Below are positions 26,205 through 37,968 of a DNA stretch of 64,000 nt, one piece after another. Source of the stretch: Tubulanus polymorphus (Eukaryota > Animalia > Nemertea). The stretch is from positions 5,320,275-5,384,274 of the forward strand of contig NC_134032.1 in assembly GCF_964204645.1 (NCBI RefSeq). Reading direction: 5' to 3'. Numbering within the stretch: position 1 is the stretch's first letter; every line of letters starts with the position of its first letter. A program made the position numbers and the translations under genes. The notes below the pieces were generated by a model. That model saw nothing but the letters and a program-made list of their open reading frames with translations, was not told the DNA's origin and did no database searches.

Positions 26205-27018
26205 CTAAAAGCAATACATATTTGTTCCCTCCATTAAAACCAGTAATAATTTATAATGTTCGCTGGTAAAATCCTTGAGAACTTCCGGACTTACCTGCAA
26301 TTGATTGGATTGAAACGAATGGTATTTTCGCTTAATACATTTTTTGGTAAAATGGTAATACACGTTCTGGGGAGTTGTGGATTTTATAAGCTGTTTAGAA
26401 ATTGGGTCTGTGTATGTTCGATAATCTGGCCTTTTTACAATCAAGTCATTTGGAGGGATAAACTCACTTGAGGAAAAACTTTGGCGACATCCATAGCAAA
26501 CTCTAAACACACCCTGCATAAAAATTAGTTGAAAATTCGCCTTACTGCTGTTGTTAGGTACATCAGCTTTTTCTACTACACGCTCGCGTCTATTCCTGCC
26601 TCCTTTTGTTCCTACAGCATTTAAATTGAGATCAGCAGTGTTGCGATGCTAGCTAAGTTTGTTTTTTTCCTTGATTTTTTGTGCCAAGAAAGGAATTGTG
26701 AAAGAAAGCTATTTTTTCTGACACCGCAATACTGTGGGAGCACAAACTATGAAATTTATATTGTTTGCAAGTACATGGACATTGGTTATTTTTCAAGTTA
26801 TACGACACCTGGTGATTTACATGTGAACTTTCACTAATTACGCTAAATCTAAGTATACTTGAATCCAGAGAAGGAGAATTGGCTATATATGTTTGACTAG
26901 AATATAAAAGTTTCGATGCTTTGTTCCAAATAACCCTAAGGGTTGCCTCGTGTATTTTTATACAATACAAATCCCTAGCTGCAAGAGCACCCACTGACAG
27001 GCCGTGACTGAAAGTCAA
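26205..27018 (-). pseudogene. C-terminal part of a SWIM zinc-finger transposase-like gene
   Basis: CPCTCKQYKFHSLCSHSIAV (SWIM), then CYGC...PPNDLIVK...NVYYHFTKKC zinc-binding tail; frameshifted. Confidence 0.6.
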
Positions 27019-27299
27019 TGTTTGGTTATTTTGGCTTAAAGCATATAACTCGTGTATTGACAGGGAATCAAACAGCTATGAAGGTATCGGTTAAAGAAAA
27101 GGCTGGATGGGGGAAAACTCATAGATTTGATGAAAAATATGAGTTCATATCAGGAATCAATGAAAAACCTGATGGAAAAATTGTTAAATTGATCATAAAA
27201 TGTTCATTGAAATCAAATGAATGTCGCTCCGCATGTGGTGAATTACTTAGTAGTTTAGACAGATCAACAACAGCTATGAACTGTACTGCATGTGGTCTA

Positions 27300-30200
27300 T
27301 CGCGCTAACTGAAACTAAACTCGATGATACGGACGAACAGTGGATAAAGCAGTTTTTTTAAAGGTAAGGATACAAAATATTCCTTAAGAACCGGAAAAAA
27401 ATATCATCGTTCCGTTCAGGAGGCATAGGGATCGCCGTTAGACTGAACTTAGCTCCACACGTATGCCCTATTGACAGCGAAACTAAATTAGTTCTGTGGC
27501 TGCGCGTTCATAAGCAGCTTACTGGATTTGAAAAAAAAAATATCCAGATTGGGTGTGTTTACGTTCCACCCGAATCCAGCAGTTACGGTGGAAGTGAGTG
27601 TTTTGACGAATTGAATCTCGAAATAATAGAGAATTATAATGCTAATGATTCGCACTTATTTATTTGTGGTGATTTAAATGCGTACACTGGAAGCCTATTT
27701 GATTATAGTGACCCAAACGACTTTTTAACACAAGGGCTAGAATTCGAAAACGAGGTTTTTGCAGACACCCATTGTTGGAGATATGATTTAGTCATTGAAA
27801 CGGTAGATTAACTTTTATATATTTTCCATGCTCCAACGCTCACCTGGGTTGGCGGGATTAGGCAGAATAAACGGCGTGATGCATCGTGACGTATTTACAA
27901 TTTAAGACATCAGCGCCCGTTGTAACTGGTTCTCAAAATGTTGAACCGGAGGAGGTAATGAACTGGGAACCAGATAAAAAAGATCAATTTGCACAAGTCA
28001 TTTCGAGGAATTCAACGGTTCTTATTGAGTAAACGAAAACCTGATGAATGGGTCATTGAACGCCAGCGAAGCCAATGAACGGCTGTGTGTTGTTATGTTA
28101 CAATCGGCCGTTAAAGTAATGGGCAAACGAATTGTCAAACGTAAATCGAAACCTCGGCCACCAGCCAAGGCTACCCAAAACGAAGTCGTTTGAAACACCA
28201 GGTTGGATTATCGTCGTGCAAAAAGAACTCATCTTTACCCTCACGTAATACTCATTCCATAATGAACCGTGCGTTCCGTAAATACAAAAACGCCATTCAC
28301 AAATGGAATAGTGATGGGAAAAGGGTTTTCAACGAGAAAATGCGTTCACTGTCAAAATCTGCCCCTCACAACTTCTGGAACTATTTCAAGAAGAACCACA
28401 ATAACACGTGTAATGTCTCAAGCGCTGACTTCCTAAAACACTTTAAATCTATGAACGAGCGTCCCGTGCTGGATGGAAGTGAACCACCGCTTCATAACGT
28501 CGAAGACTTTAACGGCAATAACTATGACCAAACCCCTTTAAATCAACCTATTAACGGGGATGAAATATTAAAGAGTATAAATAAATTAAAAAACTTTAAG
28601 GCATGTGGTACGGACAAAATCCCTAACGAGTTCTTAAAATCGGCCGAGGAGAGTTTATTACCAACACTTATGTGTCTTTTTAACAATGTCCTTGATACAG
28701 GTAATATCCCCGAACCATGGTTAAACGGAATGATTATACCTATTTACAAACAAAAGGGTAGTGCCGATGACCCAAGTAACTACAGGGGCGTGACTTTGTT
28801 GAGCAATGTAGGCAAACTTTTTACTAGTGTCATCAACAACCGGCTAACTAATTACCTAGAGACGAACAATATACTATTGAAAAATCAAGCAGGTTTCAGA
28901 CAAAAACACAGTATTCTGGACCATATAAACTCCCTAAAGTCACTTGTGGATATGTTTTTGAATAGTAATCGCAAGCTTTACTGCATTTTTGTAGATTACA
29001 AACGTGCTTTTGATAGCATATGGAGAAAGGCTTTGTGGCATAAGATGATCAATAGTGGTGTTACGGGCAAAGTTCTAAATGTAATATATAGCATGTACCA
29101 GGGCATCAAGTCATGTGTATTTTCTAGTGATAGTAAAACAGATGCCTTTGAAAGTTTTATGGGTGTCAGACAGGGAGAAAATTTGTCCCCCGTGCTATTT
29201 TCAATATTTTTAAATGATCTGGAAGGCTATTTAGATGCCCAAAATTGTCCCTCCCTAAATCTGCGCATGCGTAATGATGCATGGGTCAAATTGATGATCC
29301 TTATGTACGCAGACGATACAGTTCTTATGAGCGAGAGTTCACAGGGACTTCAGAGATTGATTGACAACCTGCATGTTTATTGTAAAGAATGGAAGTTACT
29401 AATAAATTGCGAAAAAACTAAATTAATGATATTCTCGAAACGAAGACTCCGAAACCCTCCGGCGTTTAACTTAAACAGTCGAGTGTTGGAGTTAGTATAT
29501 AACTATAAGTATTTGGGTATACTATTCTCCCATACCGGGTCTTTTGTTCAGTGCCGAAAAGCGTTAGCGAACCAAGCGAAGCGGGCTATGTTCTCTGTTT
29601 TAAAAATGGTTAGCCAATATTCACTAGACGTTGATGTTAGTTTAAAGTTATATGATAGCATGGTATAACCAATTCCATTATTTGGATGTGAAATTTGGGG
29701 TTACGAAAATCTCCGAGTTCTTGAGTGCGTGCAGCTGAAACTTTTTAAATATTTACTCAAGTTAAAGAACTCTACTAATAGCTCATTTGTCTATGGAGAA
29801 CATGGTCGTTTTCCTCTCGAAGTTTACGTGCAGCTCAGAATTGTAAATTTTTGGGCAAAATTAATAACTGATGATAAATTATCGTCAAAGGTTTACAGTT
29901 GTGTTTATAATAGCTATATTGATGGTCAAGCTAACTCTTGGATGGATTTTGTGAAGAATATTTTGCTCCGAAATGGGCTCGGATATAATTGGGAAAATCA
30001 AAATATTCCAAACGTGAATTACTTGAGTCTGATACTTAAACAGAGATTGGCAGGATCAGTTTATGCAAGTCTGGCATGCAAAACTTACTGATTCCACTAT
30101 GGCTGTTACGTATTTAACAATCAAATGCCGTTTCGAAATGGAAAAGTATCTAACTCAATTAACTCCTAGGGACCAGTTAACTTTATGTAGATTTAGATGC

Positions 30201-30559
30201 TCAGCTCACAGGCTACTGGTGGAAGTTGGGCGGTGGCGTGGAATTGCCCGCGCCAATAGGCTGTGCCAAAAGTGTGATTTAGAGGCAGTGGGGGATGAAT
30301 ATCACTTTTTACTCGTCTGCCCGTACTTCCAGGAATCCAGAGCTAGATACATCCCGGAGCGTTATTGGAGAATCCCCAATAACGTAAAGTTGTATGATTT
30401 GTTCAACTCAAATTGCCAAACCCTTAAAAAAACTGGCGTTGTATATACGCAAATGTTTAATACATTTCTAATGTTATATGTTGCAATGTATATTGTAAAA
30501 TAATTTTGTTCTCTGGGCAATTGTATAATTGTGGAGTAAATAAACTAATTGTAAACTTA
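27300..30559 (+). mobile_element. 5'-truncated RTE-X-like LINE (APE, RT, C-terminal CCHC)
   Basis: ALTETKLD, GCVYVPP and GDLNA (APE). ORF 28190-29668 has NYRGVTLL, FVDYKRAFD, GVRQG and YADD. C-terminus RLCQKC..GDEYHFLLVC; AATAAA tail at about 30538. Confidence 0.9.
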
Positions 30560-30845
30560 GAATTGCCTAATAACATTTGTGAACACTGTGCATATGTCGA
30601 GTGAGAAATGGGTTTTAGGTGTTAATGGTAGAAAACTTTGTAGTACTTGCTACAATTATAAATTGAGAACAAAGAGGGATCGGCCAGCCCAGATAAGATT
30701 AAATAATCAATCAAAACGCTTTCATCACCCTCATCTAGTTTGCGATTGGAAATTAAAGCTTGTCTTATACGGTGATAACCTTTCAATGTGGAAGGTATAT
30801 AAACATTGCGATAATGATAAATATCATAAGAACGTTCCCGTACAA

Positions 30846-33035
30846 TAAGCCTTTTTACAGTTTCCAGGCGCCATTTTTTGGGTACCCGCCGGGTCTGCAT
30901 TGTTGAATTTTTTGTCTCTATTTTTTCCCGGTTTAATGTTTTTATTTCGTTCATATCTCTGGATTGGATGAAGATAGAAACAAAGTGAAAATATCGATGG
31001 ACTCAGCTGATAATAAGTTTTTTTTATATTACTCAATCATAAAGTAAATGCAACAATGCGCGCTGGTGAGGTTATAAACATTGATGTCGTGTTCCCAATA
31101 ATTCAACTTGAATTATTGCTCATCTCATTCAAAAGTTCGTAATTCTTACAAATTTTAATCTACATTTTTGAAATTATCAGGATCAATAGCCATCTATATG
31201 TGGTCTTATATACCTTTTACTGTTTTCAATTATCTTTATTAGTTTTTAAGTAATTGCGAGTCAAACTTCCAAAACACGTTTTCCCGGGTCCCCTGCGTGC
31301 ATCTTTACATCAGGAAATTTCACAATTTCACCGGTTGCTACTTTGTTGAAAATCAATTTTTTAAGTAACCATGGAAATAAGGTCACCTAGGTTTTTGAAA
31401 AATTGTAATTAAAGATATATATTCTCTAGGATTTGTCAAAATAAACGAAATAACCCATGTGTTGCTTTAACCAGCTACCTAGGTTCGCAACAGAAATTAT
31501 CATTTTGTCCAACGTGTTTCATTCGATTCCAAAACCGCACGTACGTGTATACGATTGCAAATGTGAAAGTCAGACATTATGTGGCACATGTATGAGGACC
31601 ACAGTCTCAATGCTGCGTCGTATTGCCGTCGCAAATTTACATGGCTACTTACGTGAAGTAGGCTAATGCAGACCTTGTATGATCAAAATTGACTTAGAAT
31701 TCGTGCCAAATCTCAAAACAACTATCAAACACACGAGATCAATTTTGACAGAAAGTAAACGAATGTTATGTTCCTCAATATATACTAATATATTCCAAAG
31801 TTCCAATCTTTCCAACACAATCAACTAAGCCTAATATATTCAAATTCAATTTGAAACACCTTCCAGCTCGTGTCACGATCAGTAATAAAGATCGAACATC
31901 GAATATTCTCAAAAAAGCAAACCCGATCCAACGGTTTGCAAGCGTCAAGTTTGACACAGCCATGGCTGCATTTGCGTGGAGCTGCTGCTGAAAATTCAAA
32001 AATGTAAATCGGGTACCGGTATTTAGCTAAAGACCGAGCGCTTGCGATTACACCATGGTATTTCTGATGGTTAACTTTTGAGCAACTGGCTCCAGAATCA
32101 TTTGCCAACGGCCATATTTCATTGATGCAATATACTGTGAAACAATATTGACGGGAGATCAATGAAACTTAAATGCCTGACACTAGAAGACTTATTTCGA
32201 CTTTTTTGACTATCTTAGATGATTGGGTGAGGGGTCCAAAAATAAGGACATTTTCCGTAGATTAAGGCTGCGAGTAGGGTGCCCCTCGGTGTTCAAACAA
32301 ATACATCCAAAACAATTTAATTTGCAAGAGGATGAGTGTTAGATTTGTAGGTTTTATGCGATCACTGTCTTGACAAAGATGGTTATCTTAATGGGAAGGA
32401 GCAGGGGTCCGGACTACCGACCCTCCAAACCCGTAGTCTGTCCCTGTGTTACTAGAAATATATCTCTATTTACCATTTTTTCAAATAACTAGGTGCCCTT
32501 GTTTCCATAGTTACTGAAAATTTGGATTTTAACAATGTAGGACTGGTTAAATTGGCAAATTTCTTGATATAAATATGCAAACATGATACTCGAGAAAACG
32601 TATTTTGGAAGTGTGACTCGCAATTACTTAAAAACTAATAAAGATAATTGAAAACAGTAAAAGGTATATAAGACCACATATAGATGGCTATTGATCCTGA
32701 AAATTTCAAAAATGTTGATTAAAATTTGTAAGAATTACGAACTTTTGAAAGAGATGAGCAATAATTCAAGTTGAATTATCGGGAAGACGATATCAATGTT
32801 TATAACCTCACCAGCGCGCATTGTTGCATTAACTTGATAAATGAGTGATCTCATAAAAAAAGTTTATTATCAGCCGAGTTCATCGATATTTTTACTTTGT
32901 TTGTAACTTAATCAAATCCAGAGACATGAACGAAATAAAAAAATCAAACCGGAGAAAAATAGGGACAAAAAATTCAACAATGCGGACCCGGTGGGTACCC
33001 AAAAAAATGGCGCCTGGAAACTGTAAAAAGGCTTA
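30846..33035. mobile_element. Non-autonomous foldback DNA transposon with about 520-bp TIRs (ISL2EU/PHIS-like)
   Basis: TAAGCCTTTTTACAGTTTCCAGGCGCCAT ... ATGGCGCCTGGAAACTGTAAAAAGGCTTA. Shares its terminal motif with 18561-20315 and is inserted at CAA|TTA. Confidence 0.88.
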
Positions 33036-35438
33036 TTAAATAAGCGTCCATCCCTGGCAACCAGAGATAAATGGGATCAACAACGAATAGTACTTAAAGC
33101 TACTCCAAAACAAGTTCTTTATGCTACAAACAATCAACAGAAAGTCCATTCGTCAAATGAAAATGAGGAAAGCTCCTCAGTAAATCATACATTAAAGCAA
33201 GTAAGTGATCGATTGCTTTATATCGATAGAGAGGTTAGAAAAAGTATGCGAAGCCAAGATGATATCCCTTTGATTGGCTCAGATTGGCACAATACTAAAA
33301 AACTACTAGAGACTGAAGTAGAATCGGTGATTTTATTTCAAAGAGGAGATCGCAGTTTTAAAAGAAATTATCATTTTGTATTAGCTCCTGAAAAAAATCT
33401 TTCATATTTATCAAAGTTTGGGCGTTCGGTTATAGGAATGGATGTTAAACACGATTTCAATGCAGTTAGATTCAAAACAAGCTTTATTACATTTACTGAT
33501 AGTTTAAATGAAGGTCGTATAGCAGTAGCTTCAGTAAGCAATTCTGATGATGCAGATTTTCATGCTCTGTCGCTGCAGATTTTATGTGCTAATACACCTT
33601 GTCAAAGAAAAGAATGTCAACATCCTAGAGAGTTCTATATATACAGTCCTCAGTCCCTATATCTCAATCCGTCCATGTTCTTTCATTCAACCCCTTTCTC
33701 CTCTGGTTCAACATGACAAAGATACTGCCCTTAAAAGGGGAGCATCATTAAATGGTTTGCTGTCTGTACTGTGTAATTTTGATGCTTTACAGTGCATTCG
33801 ACGTACTTTGATGATGATTTAAATGCGGCCAATTTTAATTACCAGAAATCTTCGGAGAAGATTCGAACTAAACGAAAGAAGACATTAGTGCGAGAAACCT
33901 GTGATAGAGCACTTGAATTGTTAAAGGGTGGATTTTTGGTTGCGTGTGATGGAGATGGTTAGGGTGTTTTTAAAAGTCCTCGCAGAAAGTCGAATAGAAA
34001 TAAATGCAGGTCTGAAGATCTATCAGATGAGCCGCTGCCTGATCAATTTTTTGAAAGTGTCACTTATGATAATTTCCTTCAAATGTTAGAAGATAGATTA
34101 CCATCAAGGTCACCTATAAGTAGTCAGTTTCTCTCCTCCTGTGATTTTAATCAGATCTCTAATGAACACAGTTATGATATAATCAGTAAGTGTCGCAGTT
34201 ATGTTGGAGACTTAGATTCACTTGCTGCGAGACTTTATTTTAAGTATTTATTCACCTTGGTTCCGGATGCAATACAAGAGAAAATAGGCGATAATTCTCA
34301 TATAGTTAATCTTCAACTTGGTATTTGTAGCTGCGAAGCATTTATTATGAAGGGTCAACCTTACTTCTTCATACATCTATTTGCCCTAATGGCTCACAAC
34401 AAGAAACTAAACAGTGTTGATGAACTGATGTCATCTTACTTGTCGCATAAGATTAAGTCAACAATTATCCATCTCGGCAGTCCCTTTCTAGTCATTTGAT
34501 TGATGAATTAAAAAATATTTCACATTCAGCAACAAGTGAAGAGCTTGAATTTATAAAAGAAGGCAAGATATTGAAAATCATGCATGATGAAAGTCATTTA
34601 GGGGTTCGACTTTTTTCAGGTAAATTGGCCAAACGGCAGCCTCACAATCTTGGCCAGCGACGCCTCAGTGGAATTGTTAAAGACAGCAAATATGATTTTA
34701 GTATCTTCCGATGAGTCAGTTGTTTATGATCCCTATCGCCCAAATGTTTCATTTCCCCAGGCTTCTTGGAGTGACCGACATGGTGGTAGAAAAAGAACAA
34801 GATTATCAAAAAGAGGTGTTTCATTTAATTAAACTGTCACGGATGCATTGTATAAATTAGGAAAAACGGTACTCGATGAAAAGATTGACTTGTCACAAAA
34901 TGAAGAAAACCCCGACTTAGGTATTGATAATGAAGATGATATTGGTAATGAAGACTCGACTGTAGACAAAAAAAAAACATGTGAAGTTACTTCAGACCTG
35001 AAAGAAACAAATAAAAGTGTTCCTGTCAACACAAATAAGACAGTTCTATGTTCGTTATGCGTAAAAAATAATTCTGAATCTCTTAATATTTGTTCAAGTC
35101 GTCCGGAGCTTGATAAACATATATCTATTGTCCATAACTTAAAACTTATCATGTGCTCAATATGTTGGGCATCGGGTGTTAATTTATCTTTTCCTAGTAT
35201 ACCTCATTTAGAAAAACATGTTAAACTTGTACATAAATTCAGTAGAGTTAAAAGAGTTAAATACTCAAAGACTAGAAATAAGAATGTCACAGAAAAAATA
35301 TCAGAGGTAAATAAATGTAACAATGAAGTCGATTTGGAGAAATTAACAAACAATATTGGTTCCCCTGGTATTCGAAATAAAGTTAAAACTAAAAGATGTC
35401 TGTAAAGATAAGAAAGAGAAAAGTCCATCTGAGATTAT

Positions 35439-36188
35439 AGGCGCGGTCACACGACGAAATTTAGACCGGTCTAAATTTGGTCCGGTCCAATTTAGACCGG
35501 ACCAAGCGTTGACACGGGCAAAAATACCGTTCCAAATTAGACCGGTCTAGTTTAGACCGGTCTAATTTGGCACGGTCTAAAAGAGCGAACCAAGTCCGGA
35601 CCAAATTTTGGACCGGTCTAAATATGCGTGTGTGGACAGAAACTGGTACCAGGTCCGATCTAAATCGTAATTCTGAATCTCTGCGGTGGATGTTGCAACC
35701 TCTGCGGTAGAGTGTGAGTCCAGTTTATTAAGTTTTAAATGCTTTTATTACCGTTTATGTAATTATTTCTAAGTACTGTTTTTCCTCCCTATTCAATGGA
35801 AATGTTTGGAGCGTAATTCGTAATTCGTATATCGCGATCATCATCCGTTTTATTGCCGTGCTTTGAACCGTGTTTAAACGACACTTAACAGTTTCAGCAT
35901 GATTGAATAAAATCGAATTCGCAAAAATGTATTAACCTGACAGAGGATCGAATTGGTCAATTGAAGAATGTCTTGCTCTACTTGGAATCTGGAAGCAAGA
36001 CTTCATCCAGGCGCAATTAATTATTTAGCAGATGGCGACATCTTGTGGGCCCGGTGACAAGCGCTTTTATCATCGCGTGTCAAAACGCCGTGTGAACGCT
36101 CACCAAAATTTGGTCCGGTCTAAATTTGGACCGGGCCACGTACGGACCCATTTAGACCGGTCTAACTAGTTTTCGTGTGAACGCGGCT
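35439..36188. mobile_element. PIF/Harbinger-type MITE with 3-bp TSD (TAT)
   Basis: AGGCGCGGTCACACGA ... TCGTGTGAACGCGGCT, with subterminal TAGACCGGTCTA palindromes. Removing it restores ...SPSEI-MAETK... Confidence 0.85.
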
Positions 36189-36572
36189 TATGGCTGAAAC
36201 AAAAATACAAAGACAATGGAGGTGTCCTGTATGCAAACAGAATTGTAGCTCTAACCGACGTAAACATCAATCAATTGGGTGCGATACATGTGACCAATGG
36301 TTTCACTGGAAATGTGTTGGTTTGACTGATGAACCATTGACTGAGAAATGGTTTTGTCTTTCCTGTGACCCGAACATGTAAATTCCTTAGATTTTGCTTT
36401 GAGAAAGTTGCGGAGTGAGTACCTGGGAATAAAAACGTGGGAAGGGTGATTTCTCTGTGACTTTTTTGAAGTGTAGCAATTCTCTTACAAGAAAAACAAG
36501 ATATCAAAGTCGGTCACTCCAGGGCTGACCTCCCTGTTCACTCTAAGTCTTTTCCCTTTTTACCGCATTATT

Positions 36573-36925
36573 TGATAGTAGATTTCATTGAGTGAAAGTT
36601 GTTATGTGATAGTAGATTTCATTGAGTGAGAGTTGTTATGTGATAGTAGATTTCATCGAGTGAAAGTTGTTATGTGATAGTAGATTTCATTGAGATCTAA
36701 TGTTTAATACAAACTTGTAGATTTTATTGCGTGAAAGTTGTTATGTGATAGTAGATTTCATCGAGTGAAAGTTGTTATGCGAGAGTAGATTTCATCGAGA
36801 TCTAATGTTTAATATAAACTTGTAGATTTCATTGAGTGAAAGTTGTTATGTGATAGTAGATTTTATTGAGTGAGAGTTGTTATGTGATAGTTTCATTGAG
36901 ATCTAATGTTTAATACAAACTTGTG
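36573..36925 (+). repeat. Minisatellite, about 32-bp unit (GTAGATTTCATTGAGTGAAAGTTGTTATGTGATA) with an alternating variant unit
   Basis: About 10 visible tandem copies. Confidence 0.92.
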
Positions 36926-37335
36926 GATTCATCAACATCTTTCTTTTTTCAAGTGGACTTATCTGCATTCGTTGTGAGTTTATTCCTTTTTCTTATTCTG
37001 CCCATTCCTCTCAACATGTATCCTCATGTATTTACATTCCATCACATTGTGTTGCGTAATAGTTATTGAAATAAATATATAGCTGTACAATTTAAACTTT
37101 CATCTCTTTTAGCTTTATATGGTATTGTATATTGTATAACAATTATCAAAATTAATATTCAATTTAAACTTTTATCTTTTAGCTTTATATGAAAAGGTAA
37201 TGAAATTCATGTTTTAACTATATACATGTACTACACATTCACTTGTAAACATTCTTGCACGCGTACAATATTCTTCGTGCTGGTTTCTTACTGGTGCTTT
37301 TGTTGCTTAGGTTTAATATCTCACATCTCTATGTA

Positions 37336-37534
37336 CAGTCAACCCCCCCCCCCCCCCCTCCTCGATATACTGCGCCCACATCGGTGCAGAACAATTTTGG
37401 CGGTATAAAGAGTATGGCAGTATATCGGTGTGTGTTTTACTATATATTTGTATAGAGTAATACATAGAGCAAACCGGGTCGTAGGCATTTGTGGCAGTAT
37501 ATGGGAGGGCGGGGCGGTATATCGGGGTAGACTG
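37336..37534. mobile_element. Tc1/mariner (pogo/Tigger-type) MITE, TA TSD
   Basis: TA|CAGTCAACCCC ... GGGGTAGACTG|TA; related copy at 62939-63098. Confidence 0.8.
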
Positions 37535-37754
37535 TATTTCTTTCACTTTAATATTATTTATATGATTTATTCCAGTGGTATTGTTTTCTCTTAACATCTT
37601 TGTTGTTCTTGTTTTACTTTGATTATAGACGTATTGTTTTTCTATACATCTGTGTTGTACTTTTTTATATTATTTATCATAGATGTATTGTTTTTCCCTA
37701 CTATTTTGTTGTACTTGTATTGTTTTTATAAATCTTCGGTAGAGAGTCGAGTTA

Positions 37755-37968
37755 AATAACCATAAAAGCGTAAACATGATGAATCTAATTTTCAAATGAG
37801 TAAATAAGTTTATAAATAATGAACGTTTTCATAAAACAAGTGACCACAAATGGATAACAAGATACCTTGTACCTGATGAAGGGAAAAGTTCCTGAAAACG
37901 TTCTTTATTAATGAACTTATTTACTCGATTGAAAATGAGATTCATCGTGTTTATACTTTTATGGTTAT
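37755..37968. repeat. 55-bp inverted repeat enclosing a hammerhead-like core (Penelope-like remnant)
   Basis: 37755-37810 is inverted at 37913-37968; CTGATGA-AGGGAAAAGTTCCT-GAAA at 37873-37897. Confidence 0.55.

Larger units (their letters stand above)
27018..36381 (+). pseudogene. Large MULE-like transposase gene (CxxC, GATA finger, DDE core, SWIM, C2H2 x2, PHD) interrupted by three insertions
   Basis: The frame rejoins at 27299|30560, 30845|33036 and 35438|36192. Motifs: CEHC..W..G..LCSTC..RP, IGMDVKHDFN, CSC..H, two C2H2 fingers and a PHD (CPVC..CDTC..HWKC..CLSC). Confidence 0.7.

Noticed and set aside
36573-36925. CRISPR-like array
   Set aside because: Units are contiguous with no unique spacers, there are no cas genes, and the context is eukaryotic: a minisatellite.
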